From: Ginglymostoma cirratum
Taxonomy: Eukaryota
DNA: 64,000 nucleotides
Assembly (NCBI GenBank): GCA_024137785.1
Contig: JAHRHZ010000084.1
Coordinates: forward strand, 7,406,093 to 7,470,092
Direction of reading: 5' to 3'
Shown: positions 51,640-64,000 of the stretch, in pieces
Position numbering within the stretch: the first letter of the stretch is position 1
How the letters are laid out: every line of letters begins with the position of its first letter
Notes under the pieces: model-generated
What the model was told of the DNA's origin: nothing
Databases searched by the model: none
Seen by the model: the letters and a program-made list of their open reading frames with translations, nothing else
Translations under genes and position numbers: made by a program

Positions 51640-51945
51640 TGTTTTTTTCCCCTTTATTCATTCATGGGATGACGGCATCACGCCCTGCCCATCCCTAATT
51701 GCCTATATGGCAGTGAAGAGTCAACCACATTGTTGTGGGTCTGGAGTTTCATCTAGGCCAGATGGCAGTTTGCTTCCCGAAAGGGTTTGTCCCAGCACTC
51801 GGCAATGACTGGTAATTCCAGACGTTCATTGAATTCAAATTCTACCATCGGCTGCCGCAGGAATCGAACGGAGGTCCCCAGAACGTTAACTACGTCAGTA
51901 GAGTAACAGTCTACTGATAATACCACTACGCCATCTCATCCCCCG
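51640..51945 (-). mobile_element. Same SINE family, reverse orientation
   Basis: Reverse-complement similarity to 37756-38089; absent from the paralogous site at about 19030. Confidence 0.8.
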
Positions 51946-54900
51946 AATACAGGTCACTCTAGACTAAATGAGACTATTATGGCTATGTTGGTCTTTGAAA
52001 CTAACTATTCAATCAGCTTAGCTCCTCACTCTTTCTCCCCAGCCCCGTTTTTGCATTTAGAAGGTAATCTCTCCTTCCTTTTCACTTTCAAAAAAAATTC
52101 TATTGACTCTCCTGCCGGGTACTCAAGAAGTGCATTCTAAAGTAGAGCAGCAGTTTCCACAAATAAATCCTCGTATTCTCCTGATTATTCTGTCAGAAAT
52201 TTTAATGTACCCTCTGGATACTGATCCATCCACAACTGAAAATATACTTTACTTACGTACTTTATTGAAACTCTGGTATTTGAGAACGACTTTAAGAAAT
52301 CATCCCTTGTCTTTCACTGCCCTGCAAAAAAACAATCATAAATTGTCCAGTCTATCCAGGGTAACTGAAGTTCCTCATTTCGTATACCATTCTCATTAAT
52401 CTCCTCTGCTCGCTCTTCTGATTGTTATATACTTACTGTATTCAAATTCTAAAAGAGGTAAACGCCACACATACTTCCTTACCCTGCCCATAGTTTTAAA
52501 AAAATCAAAGCACTTTTCAGTGCTTTTGTAATTAACTAGGACCTGCTCTCTGGCAGATAAATTAAACACGAGAGGAGAATTCTGATTCTGAGCCTTTATA
52601 ATTCAAACAGATTTTAAAAAATAGGCGATTCGCAGGCGATAAAATTGCTAAATTGAAGCAAAGGCAGAAATCGCTGGAAAAGCTCAGCATCTGTGAGGAG
52701 AAATCAGAGTTGATGTTTCGGGTCCAATGACCCCTCGTCAGAACGGCTAAGTTGAAGCACTTTTACAGCACAACCCGCAAAGTTATGATTCACCCTTGCC
52801 AGCTTATGCTGGGAACTTCAAATGCTGTCCCTGCCTAGTTCCAATGTTAAGGTTATGTCTCTTGACTAAACAGGAACATGAAGTGGAAGGGGCGAATCGA
52901 TTTTTCACAGGAACCAATGATGTAGGTTCAACATAGAATGATGTTCTGTTCAGAGAGTTTTAGAAGCAAAAGCCCAAATTAAAAGTGGAGAAAGTATCAG
53001 GTAATCATCCCTGGATTGTTACCTGAGCCATGTGCCAGTTGGTAGAGGATACACAGATTAGGGACTTCAACACATGGCTCAAACTATGTTGTAGGAAGAA
53101 AGGATATTGATTATTTGGGAAACAGGAAGCCATTTCATTTACTTTGACACTACTTAAACTCAGTGGGGCAATTCTATAACGAAAACTACGCTCAGGTATT
53201 AAAATAGTGGAATGAACAAAATGGTGAAACAAGATTTAACAATTCAAAGAGATAGAATACGACATGAAGACAATAGAACAATACAGTGGTATAGGTGTAA
53301 AAAGAATAAACAGAATGTGACTGTGAATTTAGCATTAGTTCTGCATCTGCGAATGAAGTCAATGTAGGAAAGAAAAATAAAACAGTGCAATTAAAGGCCT
53401 TTTTCTCCGAAACACATGGAGCATCATCAAGAAAATTGGTATGTTAATTACACGATTATAGCTATTGCAAATATTTTAAATTTGATCACTGCTATTGAGA
53501 CATGACTACAAGGTGATCGACGGGAAATAAATATTCCAGGGCACGCACATTTAAAAAGGAATTCAGCATAGTAAAAGAGAAAGGTGACTCTGATAATAAG
53601 GGACGATGCAGCAACATTAGAAAGAAACTCACCAAACAGGGTCACTCTCCGTGGTAAATGGGAATACCTGAAGTCAGAACATGATAGCAGGAACAGTTTG
53701 TAGGATTCATAACAGAAAGTATACTGTGGACCAAGAATTGAACTAAAACTTTGCAGCTTGACATTAAGGAAATATATCTATTGTGGGTGAATTTAATCTT
53801 CGCATCAGTTGTGTCATTTAGATTGGTAAGCATGATCTGGAAGAGAAGTTTGTAATTTTTTTTGTAATGTTTTCATGCAGCAATGCATTTTAGAGCTGCC
53901 TGTCAATGAAGTTATCACAGATTTATTGTTGTATAATCAAATATTATTAAGTAATAATGTCACAAAGTAAGGTCTGCTGGGAAATAGTGATCACAGAACC
54001 ATTTATTTCCATGTTAGCTTTTAAAGTTGCAATCACGAAGAAGAGTTTTAACCTTAAACAAAATCAATTACACCAGTATGAATTGAAAATAGGTTGATTA
54101 TATAATTAAGCTGAATATTATGCTGTTAATTGAATGCACAGTGGGAAAGATTTTAAGGCACAATTCAAAATACCCAAAAATTCAATTCGTAAGATAATAA
54201 AAACTCAGAAAAAAACGTCATATATGGCTCACTCAAGAAGTTAAATATGGGATTAAACTTTAAAAAGATTATATTTCGCACAGAATGGAAACAAGACTTA
54301 GAATTTGAGGTACCTTAAGAACTAACAAGGCAGCATCGGAAAGCTGATAAAATTCGAAACAAATGAAAATAAACTAGCTAGAATTATTAAAACAGATTGG
54401 AAAAGCATTTTAAGTATACAAAATGAAACTTGTCAAAGTATATATTAGTACCTCAGAAGCAGAGACAATATAAATTTTCACAGGGAATGAAGAAATCTAT
54501 GCAAGTTATAATCTAACAATATTTCTTATTTGCAAAAACATTCACATCAGATTGGGAGCTGGAAAATATAATTTTACTTGCAAGGAAAAAAGAAAGAGAA
54601 AGCAGAGAACTGCAGAGCAATTAATTTGACAACATTCCTTATCAAAATTCGGCAATATATTCTAAAAAGAGTGTAAACAATGCAGTTAAAAGTGTGTAGT
54701 ATATTTAGAACAAGTCAACATAGTTCGACAAAAGAGAAATCATGTTTGACAAAAATATTAGAGAGTTTGGAAGCTTTATATTGCAATTGTATTGTAAGCA
54801 TGGGTTTCCAAAATGCATTCAATAAGTTCAAGAGAAAGCTAAGATCTGATGGATTTCAGGGTACTAACATAAATAGAGAACTATTTAACAGATATGAAGC

Positions 54901-57900
54901 AAAGAATGCGTGCAAACTGAACATTTTCAAGTTGGCACGCTGTCATTACTGCATGCAAGGATCTGTGCTATTTACAATCTATGTAAATGATTTTGATCAA
55001 GAGACAGAGTAACGGATCTACATTTTCTGATGATGCAAAGCTATGTGAAAAGATACATAGTCAGATGTAGGACACTTCTGTTGAATGTCGCCACAATTCG
55101 TAACAAGCTTGATGAATTGATCATGTGAACACAAAGAAATAGCTATGAAATGATAGACATGTCAGAGACGTGGTTGCAAGGTAACCACTACTGAATATTA
55201 CATGTTAAAGGGTGTGTGGCAATACATTAGGATAGCATCAAAGGAAAGGAGATGTTCTGTGAATAAATGAGTATTCAGTACAGGTATGCGATATTACTCT
55301 TGCTCAGAAATTAAATATGAAAAAACTCTGTGGGTGGAGATAAGAAACAGCAAGGAGAAGAGTTTACAAGAGGATGTAACTTATAGTCCCCCAATCAGTA
55401 GCTATGCTTAGAGAAATCAATAAATGTTATCATTGCAAAAATAAACGATTGCAATAATTGTGGATGATTTTAATCTTAATCGAGACTGGAAACAGAAAGT
55501 GAGCAGGCAAATAGAGCAAGTTGTTAAGAAGGTTAAAGGCACGCTGTATTTTATTCTGAGAGGCATGGAGCAAAAGAAATAAAGAAATTTTGCTCCATTG
55601 TGCCAAGCTTTCTCTTACCACTTTCTGGAAATTGTTTGCTTGGCTTCCAACATTTAAGGAAGGATGAAACATAAACCGAAATTGCTGGAGAAACATTTCT
55701 AAAGACGGGTCTCCGGATCCAAAATGCTAACTGTGTTCTCCATCTCCACAGATAATACTCGACCTGCTGAGCTTCTCCAGAAATTTCTATTTTTTGTTTC
55801 AGATTTCCAGCATCTGCACTTCTTTGGTTTATTTTCTAAGGCAGGATGCATTCATAGTGGAGACTGTACTCTGAATCTTAAGTAAATTTCTCCCTGAGTT
55901 AAGGTGGATGTCCAAAGATGAGAGGCTTAGTCAATTTAGCCTTTCTTCTCCAAAGTTGTAATGAATGAAATGTTATTTGACTTGAGAAGCAGCTCATAGG
56001 ATGTATTCATGACTGTTTCTAAGAACAATAATTTGTGGAACATAATTATTTAGTAAAGGTAATGTTGAGTGAGAAAAGTTGTTTGATGTTGCAATAAATG
56101 AACCACCAAGGAAAGTGATAGTAACGTAAAGGACATTCATATTTTGTTTGAAAACGAAACTCTTGAGTCCAAAACATCTGTTTAAAATTTAAATAAAAGA
56201 CAATTGCAAAAATGCAAAAACAGAATTGGCTAAGTTGAACTGGGAAGCTATCTTGAAAAGAAAGACTGTGAAAAGCATTGCTATACATTTAAACTGTCAA
56301 CAGAGATATATTCCATTCAGAACGAAAGATACTGCCTGCTATTGCTATTGAAGCATTAACCCGCTTCTTCAAATAGGTCATAATAGCATACCAACACTTT
56401 TCATACCAAGATTCAACCAGGACAGCAACACAATATCAGGAAGGAGAAGACAGAAACACTGAGACAAACTAAACCAATAAAGTAAATTTGTAGCTAAAAT
56501 CTATTTTTGATGCTGTATGTAAATGAATATTAGAATACAGAATCAAATTCACGAATTTGCTGACAAACCCCAAGTTGGAGTGGCAAACAGAAGATGACAT
56601 TAACGGATTATGGCAGGATATAGGCTAGTGAGTGGAAGGTCTAATTTAGTAAAATGGAGGTGATGAGGTGTCGAGGATGCATAAGGAAAAACAGCACAGC
56701 CTTATTGGCACCATTCTAAAGAGTGTGAAAGACCAGAGGGGCACTGATGGCACTTGTGAATTTATCTTTGAATGTGACAGGACATAATCAGAGTATAGTT
56801 TCCAAACCATATGTCATCTTGAAATTCATAAATGGAGGCCTTGAGTACCACTGTAGGGAAGTAATGAGAACCTTTGTAGATCTGATTAGGTCACCATTGT
56901 AATAATGAACCTAGTTCTGTTCAGCACAGCTGACGAAAACTGGGTCATGGAAAGGATGCATATGAGACAATTAGGAAGGTACTTGAGATCAGCGATGGTA
57001 CATTTGTGGATCCAGTTGGAAAAGCTAATTTGTTGACCTTGATAAAAGGAAATTGAGGGCATGGCATTATACAGGTCTTCAAGATTATGGCAGGTTTAGA
57101 TAAAGTAGACAAGGAAAAACTTAACTCATTAATGGAGAGCATAACATCCATTCAACACAACTTAAGATATTGGAGAAGAGATGCAGAGGAAATGCGAGGA
57201 GTCAAGGGTGATATTGGTCTGGAACATACAGCATATTAGCGTGATGGAAGCAGCGACCATGAATGAATTCAAAAGGGAATTTGACGGGCACTTGAAGAAA
57301 ATGAACTTGCAGGGCTACAGTGATCAAACAAGGGAGTGGGACTGGCTGAGTTGCCTCAAGAAAAGCCTGGTGACTTGATAGGCCATATGCTGTCTTTAGT
57401 GTCTCTAAATTGCTCTAATTTAAAGTTGTTTGTATTTATTCACTAATGCCATGTATGTAGCACTGATTAGGCCAACACTTCTTGCCCATCCTAATTGATT
57501 TGAGAAGGTGGTGGGGACTTGCCTTCTAAAACTACTGCCTCTATGTGGTTCTGGTACACCCATAATGCTATTAGGAAAGGAGTTTGATTACTTTGACCAA
57601 CAACAGTGAAGCGACAACGGTGTAATTCCAAGTCAGTTTGGACATGGTGACATCCCAGGTCATCTATTCTTCTTGTCCTACAGCATGGGAGAAATCGTCT
57701 ATTTAAGAAATACTGACAAGTTGAAAACTGATGAGATGAAATTTCATAACAGCCTTTATTTACAAGCTTGATAATATCAAGCAGTGAGTGACAATGGACT
57801 ACCAGTTGATATTAAACGTTCCTTTCACAGACTGAACAAACAGGCCGAGATGACAATTTGGCTTATGCCACTTGAAACTTGCCAATTCCAAATAAAAATC

Positions 57901-60900
57901 AGAACCTATATCGCAAGATAATTGTGCAGTATACACAGATTTAAAGCTGACAAAGAAAGAGATAAGCTGAGAATATAGAAAAGCAATCTGCAATTGTGGT
58001 TTATTTATGGATGGATGCCTAAAATATCCATTCTTATACCATAAAATGGATATCTATCACTGTTTCATTTGTTGTAGCTAACTTTGGAAAATTGACGTGG
58101 ACATTACAAGTAACTCGTGCCAGATGGGAAAGAGGGGGAAGCGTTAATTTTCAGTGTTGAGTGCAAATAGGTCCCTCACCTCACTGTGTAAGACTCTCTG
58201 CTCATTTGCTTATTCGTGACTGGAGTCTCTTCTCTTACAAGACTTACATGAATCGCATTCCAGCACATTTATTTTCAGCCTATGGGACAACTATCCCAAT
58301 ATCAGAGTTTTTCATAGGGAGGAGAGCTGGATTTTCAGGCGGAAATTGAAAAGTATCCCGCAAACCCCACGTTCAACAAAGGGCTAACCTAGAGCATCAG
58401 TACTAAAGACAAAGCTGGTATATTTGTATCCATTTTCAGCCAGAAGAGTGCAAGCTATATCGTTAACACATCTTGAAGTCCCAGCATCACAGATGCCAGT
58501 CTTTAATAAACATTATTCCGTCCATGTGATATCAACAAACAAAGGAATACTGCGAAGGCAATGGGCCCTGACAGCCATGAGCGAACTGAAGACTTTCAAT
58601 CCAGGCTAGATTTGTCACAGCCTACCTGTTCTAGTGCAACAGCACCAATGGGCGCTGAAGAAGGGCTTCGGCTGAAAACATTGACTTCCGTGTTCCCCGG
58701 ATGCTGTCTGACCCGCTGTGCTTTTCCAGCTCCACGTTTATTGACTCTAATCTCCAGCATCTGCAGCCCTTGCTGCCTCCCAGCTAAACCATTGGCATCT
58801 GACCAGAAATGTGTAAAATTGCTCACATATGTCCTGTCATCAAAAAGCAGCACATACCCTATACAGCCAAATGTCACTGTGTTGGTCTACTCTGCACCAT
58901 TGCAAAGGTTATGGAAGGGGCTGGTATTATAAAAAGGCACTTGATCAACATTAACGTCCTTACTGGGCTTCATTTTGGATTCTGCTAGGGACATTCAAGT
59001 CCGAATCTCATTTCAGATTTGGTTCCAAACAGTGATAAAAAGACCTGAACTCCAGAGGTGAGGTGAGAGTGACTGCCCTTTACATCAAGTTAACACTTGA
59101 CCAAATATAGTTTCAAGGAGCACCCACAAAATTGGAATCAATGGTATTCTGAGGGAAAAGACTCCAGGAATTCGAGTCATACCCAGCAGAAAGGATGATT
59201 ATTGTGGTTGTGGAACTCAATCAGCTCAGTCCAAGCAAAATACCTTAGGACTTCCTTCGGGTAGCATCTCACGTGGCAGGGGAGAAACGTGGTAGGGGAG
59301 AAATCCTAGTGGCGAAAAGTTTCCGTAAATATATATTCAGAATCGCTTGTTCCTTTCAGTGCCAATGCTTTTACCAAATGTCATGCCTAAAAATAATCAT
59401 ATGCCACATGCTATAATGGTATGGTTGCTCAAACCACTGTCCATATCACTTCGCAAAATATTTGTCAAGATGATGCTGATCCTCTGTTAAGGACTATTGG
59501 CCTTGTGTAATGATGTGTTCAAGACATCTTACACGGTAACCTATTCCGTACGGCATCAATGACGCCACAAGTTTTAGTTTCAAGGGTACGGTTAACACGA
59601 CGTTTTAGGATTAAGGATTAAATTAATAGAATTAATGTAAACCCTTTTAGATTGCATTTAGCGTTAGATTTGGGGGTCGATGCCTTAGGATTACCATTGC
59701 AATTTTGACGTATACCTAATTAGTTGTCTTTACTATCACAATAATATCTGCGTTGATACCTTCATAGCCACGTTGTACTGTTGCTTTTCATTTGGAAGTT
59801 TCGTAGTCTGCAGGTCGTGCTTTTTGCAAGTTGGTATACATACTCACAGCTATACATATCAAAACATCCTGTAAAATTCAAGTCCAAACCTCAATCGTTA
59901 CTTTATTTTCTAAGATATCTTTACAAATCGGGCTAAATATCCTTTCACGCAAAATTTCTGTTATAATAAACAACGTTTCAAACACAGAATAATTTCAGTT
60001 CCGAGAAGTGTCACTGGACCCGAAAGGTTAACTCGCTTTTTCTCCTCAGACGCTACCAGACCTGATGAGTTTTTTTTTCAGGCAATTTCTGCTTTTGTTT
60101 CTGATTTCCAGCATCCGCAGTTCTTTGTTTTCTTTTGATACAAAATAATGTCATTTTCCTTCATGTTTTAATCTCTTTATCAGGGAACAGACTTGATTGA
60201 GTCCATGTCCTGTTCACCTATTTCGCCAATTCTCCTGTGCAGAATAGCAAGCCTTCAGCCTGAAGATCCCAATGTGTAAGGACAACGCGAAAACTGGAAC
60301 TGGGATTCTATCAAACAGCACGCTTCAGTGGCAAATTAAAAGTTAAAATTGCTTTCGAGGGCTTATCATTCCACAGAGGAGACGCATACAACTACTAGCT
60401 GTCACTCTTCAGACTCCAAAGTCAACTTCATTTATTGGCTTTTTAAAAATATTTTAAACATGTTTATATATTAAAGGTTAGCCACGCGGTTATGACCACA
60501 ATAATCATTGTTTTGCAATGAATCAGTGAAGTTACGTTAAAAGTCAAACTACAATTTACAACTTCAAAGTAATGGCAACAGATTGCATGCTTTATGGCCG
60601 GTTACACATCTGCGACCTCTTCTGGTCAGTCTGCTTTAGCATTTGGCGAAGATATTTGAGAGATTTCCCGTTTTGGGGAAATAAAAAAAAGTCTACACGA
60701 TATTTCACTAGTGGAAAAAAGCCAACGGAAAGTTTCGAATTTATTAATTGGCAATAAAATGCTACCTGCCTTGATATCAGGCAAATGTTTCGTCGCAGAA
60801 AAATATATTCAGATCGTGCCTTTCACAGACGCTGGACTTCCCAAAGTGGTTGCGGCCTACATTTTAAGTGTAGTCACACTGTGATACAGGAGACGCCACA

Positions 60901-61064
60901 GCCAATTCGCCCGCACTGCAAACTTCCCAAATTCGCATTCTGCTAATGACCAGCTAAACCTTTACTCCTGTGTATGTGTTTGTGCATGTTTATCTGTATG
61001 TGGGTTGTGTGTGCGCGCGTATGAGAAAGAGACAGAGATGCTGACTAAATGGTAAACATTTAAG

Positions 61065-61300
61065 ACACTCGGGTTAACTCCTTATCTCGACTTCAAAGCG
61101 GTGGCATTGAATCCTTCACGTTAACATAGGAGAGTGGACAGGGACTTGGCTTAACATCCCATCGGAAAAGCAGTGTTTCCTACAGCAGGACTTGCTCAGT
61201 CATGCACTGGAATGTCAACTTAGATATCTGCTGCTCTAGTCTTGAAGTGGGCCTCTCGACAACTTTGTCCTTAGATAGTTGTGAGGGCGTTACCATCTCA
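61065..61300 (-). mobile_element. DeuSINE-like remnant (paralogs 16790-17030 and 29415-29650)
   Basis: Reverse complement ctttccgatgggatgttaagccaagtccctgtc...gtgaaggattcaatgccac resembles the Deu domain as I recall it; not database-checked. Confidence 0.5.
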
Positions 61301-64000
61301 TCAACGGCTAGGATTCAAATCAATTTAAAGAACAACGAAATGCTACGGGTGACCTGAACAAGCTAATTGGTATTATGAAAGGAGCTAGCTGTGTGGATCA
61401 TTTCCAGAGAAAATGTTTCCACTTGTGACAGAATGTAAAACAAGAGGACATAAATATGAAAAGTCGGAGTGAAATCAAAAAAAGGATTTAATATGCAAAT
61501 AAAACAGAAACAAATGAAAGGAGTTGCAAGCTAGATTAGAAGTGGCTGGTAGGAAGGAGCAAGATGCCAGAATATATCAGATTGGCTGACTAGTGTTTGT
61601 CTAAGTTGCAGGCTATAGGCGGTTGTCAGTCATGGGATACAAAATATGATCAGATCACAAAGTGGGTTGACCAACATCTGCCGAGGAAGAAAGAAATTCA
61701 CGATTCAGTCACAGCCCTCTGTCAGACGTTGAAAAGTAAGAAACTGAACTTAAATGACAACTTACATTTATATAAAAGTTTTGAAACAGGAAGATGTAGC
61801 GGTGTTTTTTTTGAGGATTAAACAAAACCAAATCCTGTCAAAGAGATGCGAACAGAAAGATAGGAATAAAAGCCATTGCTGAGGTGGATTTAAAGAAGAA
61901 TTCTCATTGAAAGGGACGAATGGAGTAGCAGAGACGTTTAGGGAGAGAATTTTGAAGCATGGAATCTAGGCAAAGGTGGCCAAGAACTCGGAGTATACAA
62001 TATTCCACAGATAGGAGAATAAGGAGCAGAATTCTTGGCTGAAAGGATACCGAAGTTGGGAATGACACGGCCAAGAGGGAATTGAAATGGGTATCAGGAT
62101 TTTAAATTTGAGCCAACAGAGCATAAAAAACATTTGTAGGTCAACCAGGATCGGGGAGATGGGTGAGCACGAATTTGAGTAGGATTGCCTACGGGCAGCG
62201 ACATTTCGGATGGAAGTCGTTTTCGGCAAATTGGATGTGGGTGGTGGTACAAGGTCGGCATTTGGTGAAAACGGTTAAAATGTGATTTGTTTGGTGCTTA
62301 ACTTTGTCAACAGTCTGTTTACATTTTTTCAGATTATTTATTTCTTTAATTTATTTCGCTAATATTGCTATTTAGAGGATTGAGGTAAGGTGAATGCAGG
62401 TAATGTTGCAGAGGTAGAAGGAAACAATCTTTCCAATTAAGAGAGTCACCCTCACAGAGAAAATAATTTGTTAATTTAATTACGCTGCTGCGCTGGGACA
62501 GAAACCCGAATTACCAGAGTGTTGCAACAGGACCTGCGTGAAAAAAGCGGGTAAGAGTGACAGGAAAATAGCTATATTGTTTGAGCGAGGAAAGACAATG
62601 GCCCCTGTACTCCTATTTAACACTTTACCATTGCGCCCTTTGTATGTACGTGTGTGTGAATATGTGCATAGCGCCAAGTCATCTGTGACAGTTGCGAGGT
62701 GAAGCGGCTGTGGCAGAGAAAGGAGTAAGCGTGCCAGTACAGGGCTGCGAATTCTATTTCTCTTTGTTACAATGTGCTCCCACTGTGGAAAAACAAGTGA
62801 ATCAGGAATTGGGCTTCTCACTCATCTGAGGTCACACTAACCTGACTGCCGTCATTCTCGATTCCAAGGGACTGCCACGGAGATGATGCTTACATCTGCG
62901 CATCTGGATGCGATGTCTGTTGGTGTACATGTGCACGAGGCTGCATGTGTCTTTGAAATCTTGTAACATAACAGTGGCTTTACCTTATTGGCTTTCTAGG
63001 GCTTTGGAAACTCTTGACTCCCGTTGTTATAGATAGAAGTCATTTAATTTGTAAGTGTGTGTGAACTTGTGAGCGCGCCGGTTTTGTGTATGCGTCTTTG
63101 TCTTTACGTGCTTTTTTTTCCAGTGCATGCTACAGTGTATGTACGTATAACTCATCCAAAGTCCAATTCGTTCATTGTTTCATGTTCGTTGAGTCACATT
63201 GCCTCCTGATTCTGCAACGTCTTACGTTTGAATTCCTCTTTAATATTTTTAACCGGTCCATTGCCTTTGGCGGCAATGTCTTGAACCGCACGTTGGAAGT
63301 TCAGCCCATACCCAAGTCTGGTTTTGTCTCCTATTTTAAAACCTGCCTCTTTCACCAAGCTTTTTTCATCAACACATCAATTTGTTCAGTCCATGATATT
63401 CCCTGCCAATCACCATTTTACTACATTGCAAGCGCCGTATGCGTACGTCAGTTTCGTTCTGCATACGTGTGGGAGTGCCTCCATTTTCATTTGCTCCCTT
63501 TCTCAACGTTATTTTTATTTGTTACGCATTCTACGTTGACGGAGAGTTCTGACCACTCAGGCATCTATTTTCGATTTATGCTTCGGATGAGCGATTATCG
63601 CTGCACAACTTTGAAAGTTTAGAACATATTTAAAGAAAGGTTCCGCACAGTTGAAGAGAATGGAAACTCTTGTGGTTAGATGTTGAGTCCGTCTCAGAGC
63701 GTGCAAAGTTACTAATTGAACGGAGCGTAATTTTTAAAAATGCATTTCAAGCCTGGCATATACCAAAACAAGCTTCTCCAAACACATTTTGCAAGTTTTA
63801 TATTTAGCAATGTCCCAGGGCGCTAACTCTGAAAAATAAATGAAATCCGAAGCAATCGTCTTTACACCACCTTTCTTTGAACGCCACATATAACTAACTT
63901 TAGACACGTGTAGCTCCTTGAGAACGTTCTATTGAGGGGGGCAGGAGAGAGGCGGTAATCTATAAATTACAGAGAGCCATCATTCTGCGTATTGACCTCT

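Larger units (their letters stand above)
42262..64000 (+). repeat. Segmental duplication copy 3 (carries the intact TM and cytoplasmic exons; runs off the window)
   Basis: Same anchors as copy 2. The last line, acagagagccatcattctg, matches 32389-32407. Confidence 0.9.

Noticed and set aside
1-64000. CRISPR arrays, tRNA/rRNA genes, prokaryotic operons
   Set aside because: None seen; tRNA-like boxes belong to SINE heads and the sequence is eukaryotic.

Overview
Eukaryotic, intron-rich, repeat-dense genomic DNA. The repeat content (CR1 LINEs with an esterase-type ORF1, Penelope-like elements, DeuSINE-like and tRNA-derived SINEs) suggests a cartilaginous fish; this is inference only. Most ORF-track entries are spurious or retroelement debris. 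The main signal is a tandem cluster of an immunoglobulin-superfamily receptor family on the + strand. One gene looks intact and splices in frame from canonical sites: leader 36181-36241, germline-joined VJ-type domain 36591-36896, C1-set domain 38770-39063, Arg-containing transmembrane (TM) exon 42506-42610 and short cytoplasmic exon 50924-50967/50976 (about 272 aa). This is an antigen-receptor-like V-J-C1 chain that needs no rearrangement and has an activating-receptor-type TM. Upstream are a paralog with a stop-containing C1 exon (9-305) and an acceptor-mutated TM exon (9692-9796), and an orphan TM exon (18347-18451) with a mutated donor. The 3' part of the gene unit occurs in three diverged copies, and the window ends in sequence homologous to the 5' flank of the intact gene, so another member probably follows. 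Also present: many Penelope-derived minimal hammerhead-ribozyme motifs, a four-level nested insertion (LTR-like > Tx1-like LINE > CR1 > inverted CR1 piece) and a 141-N gap.
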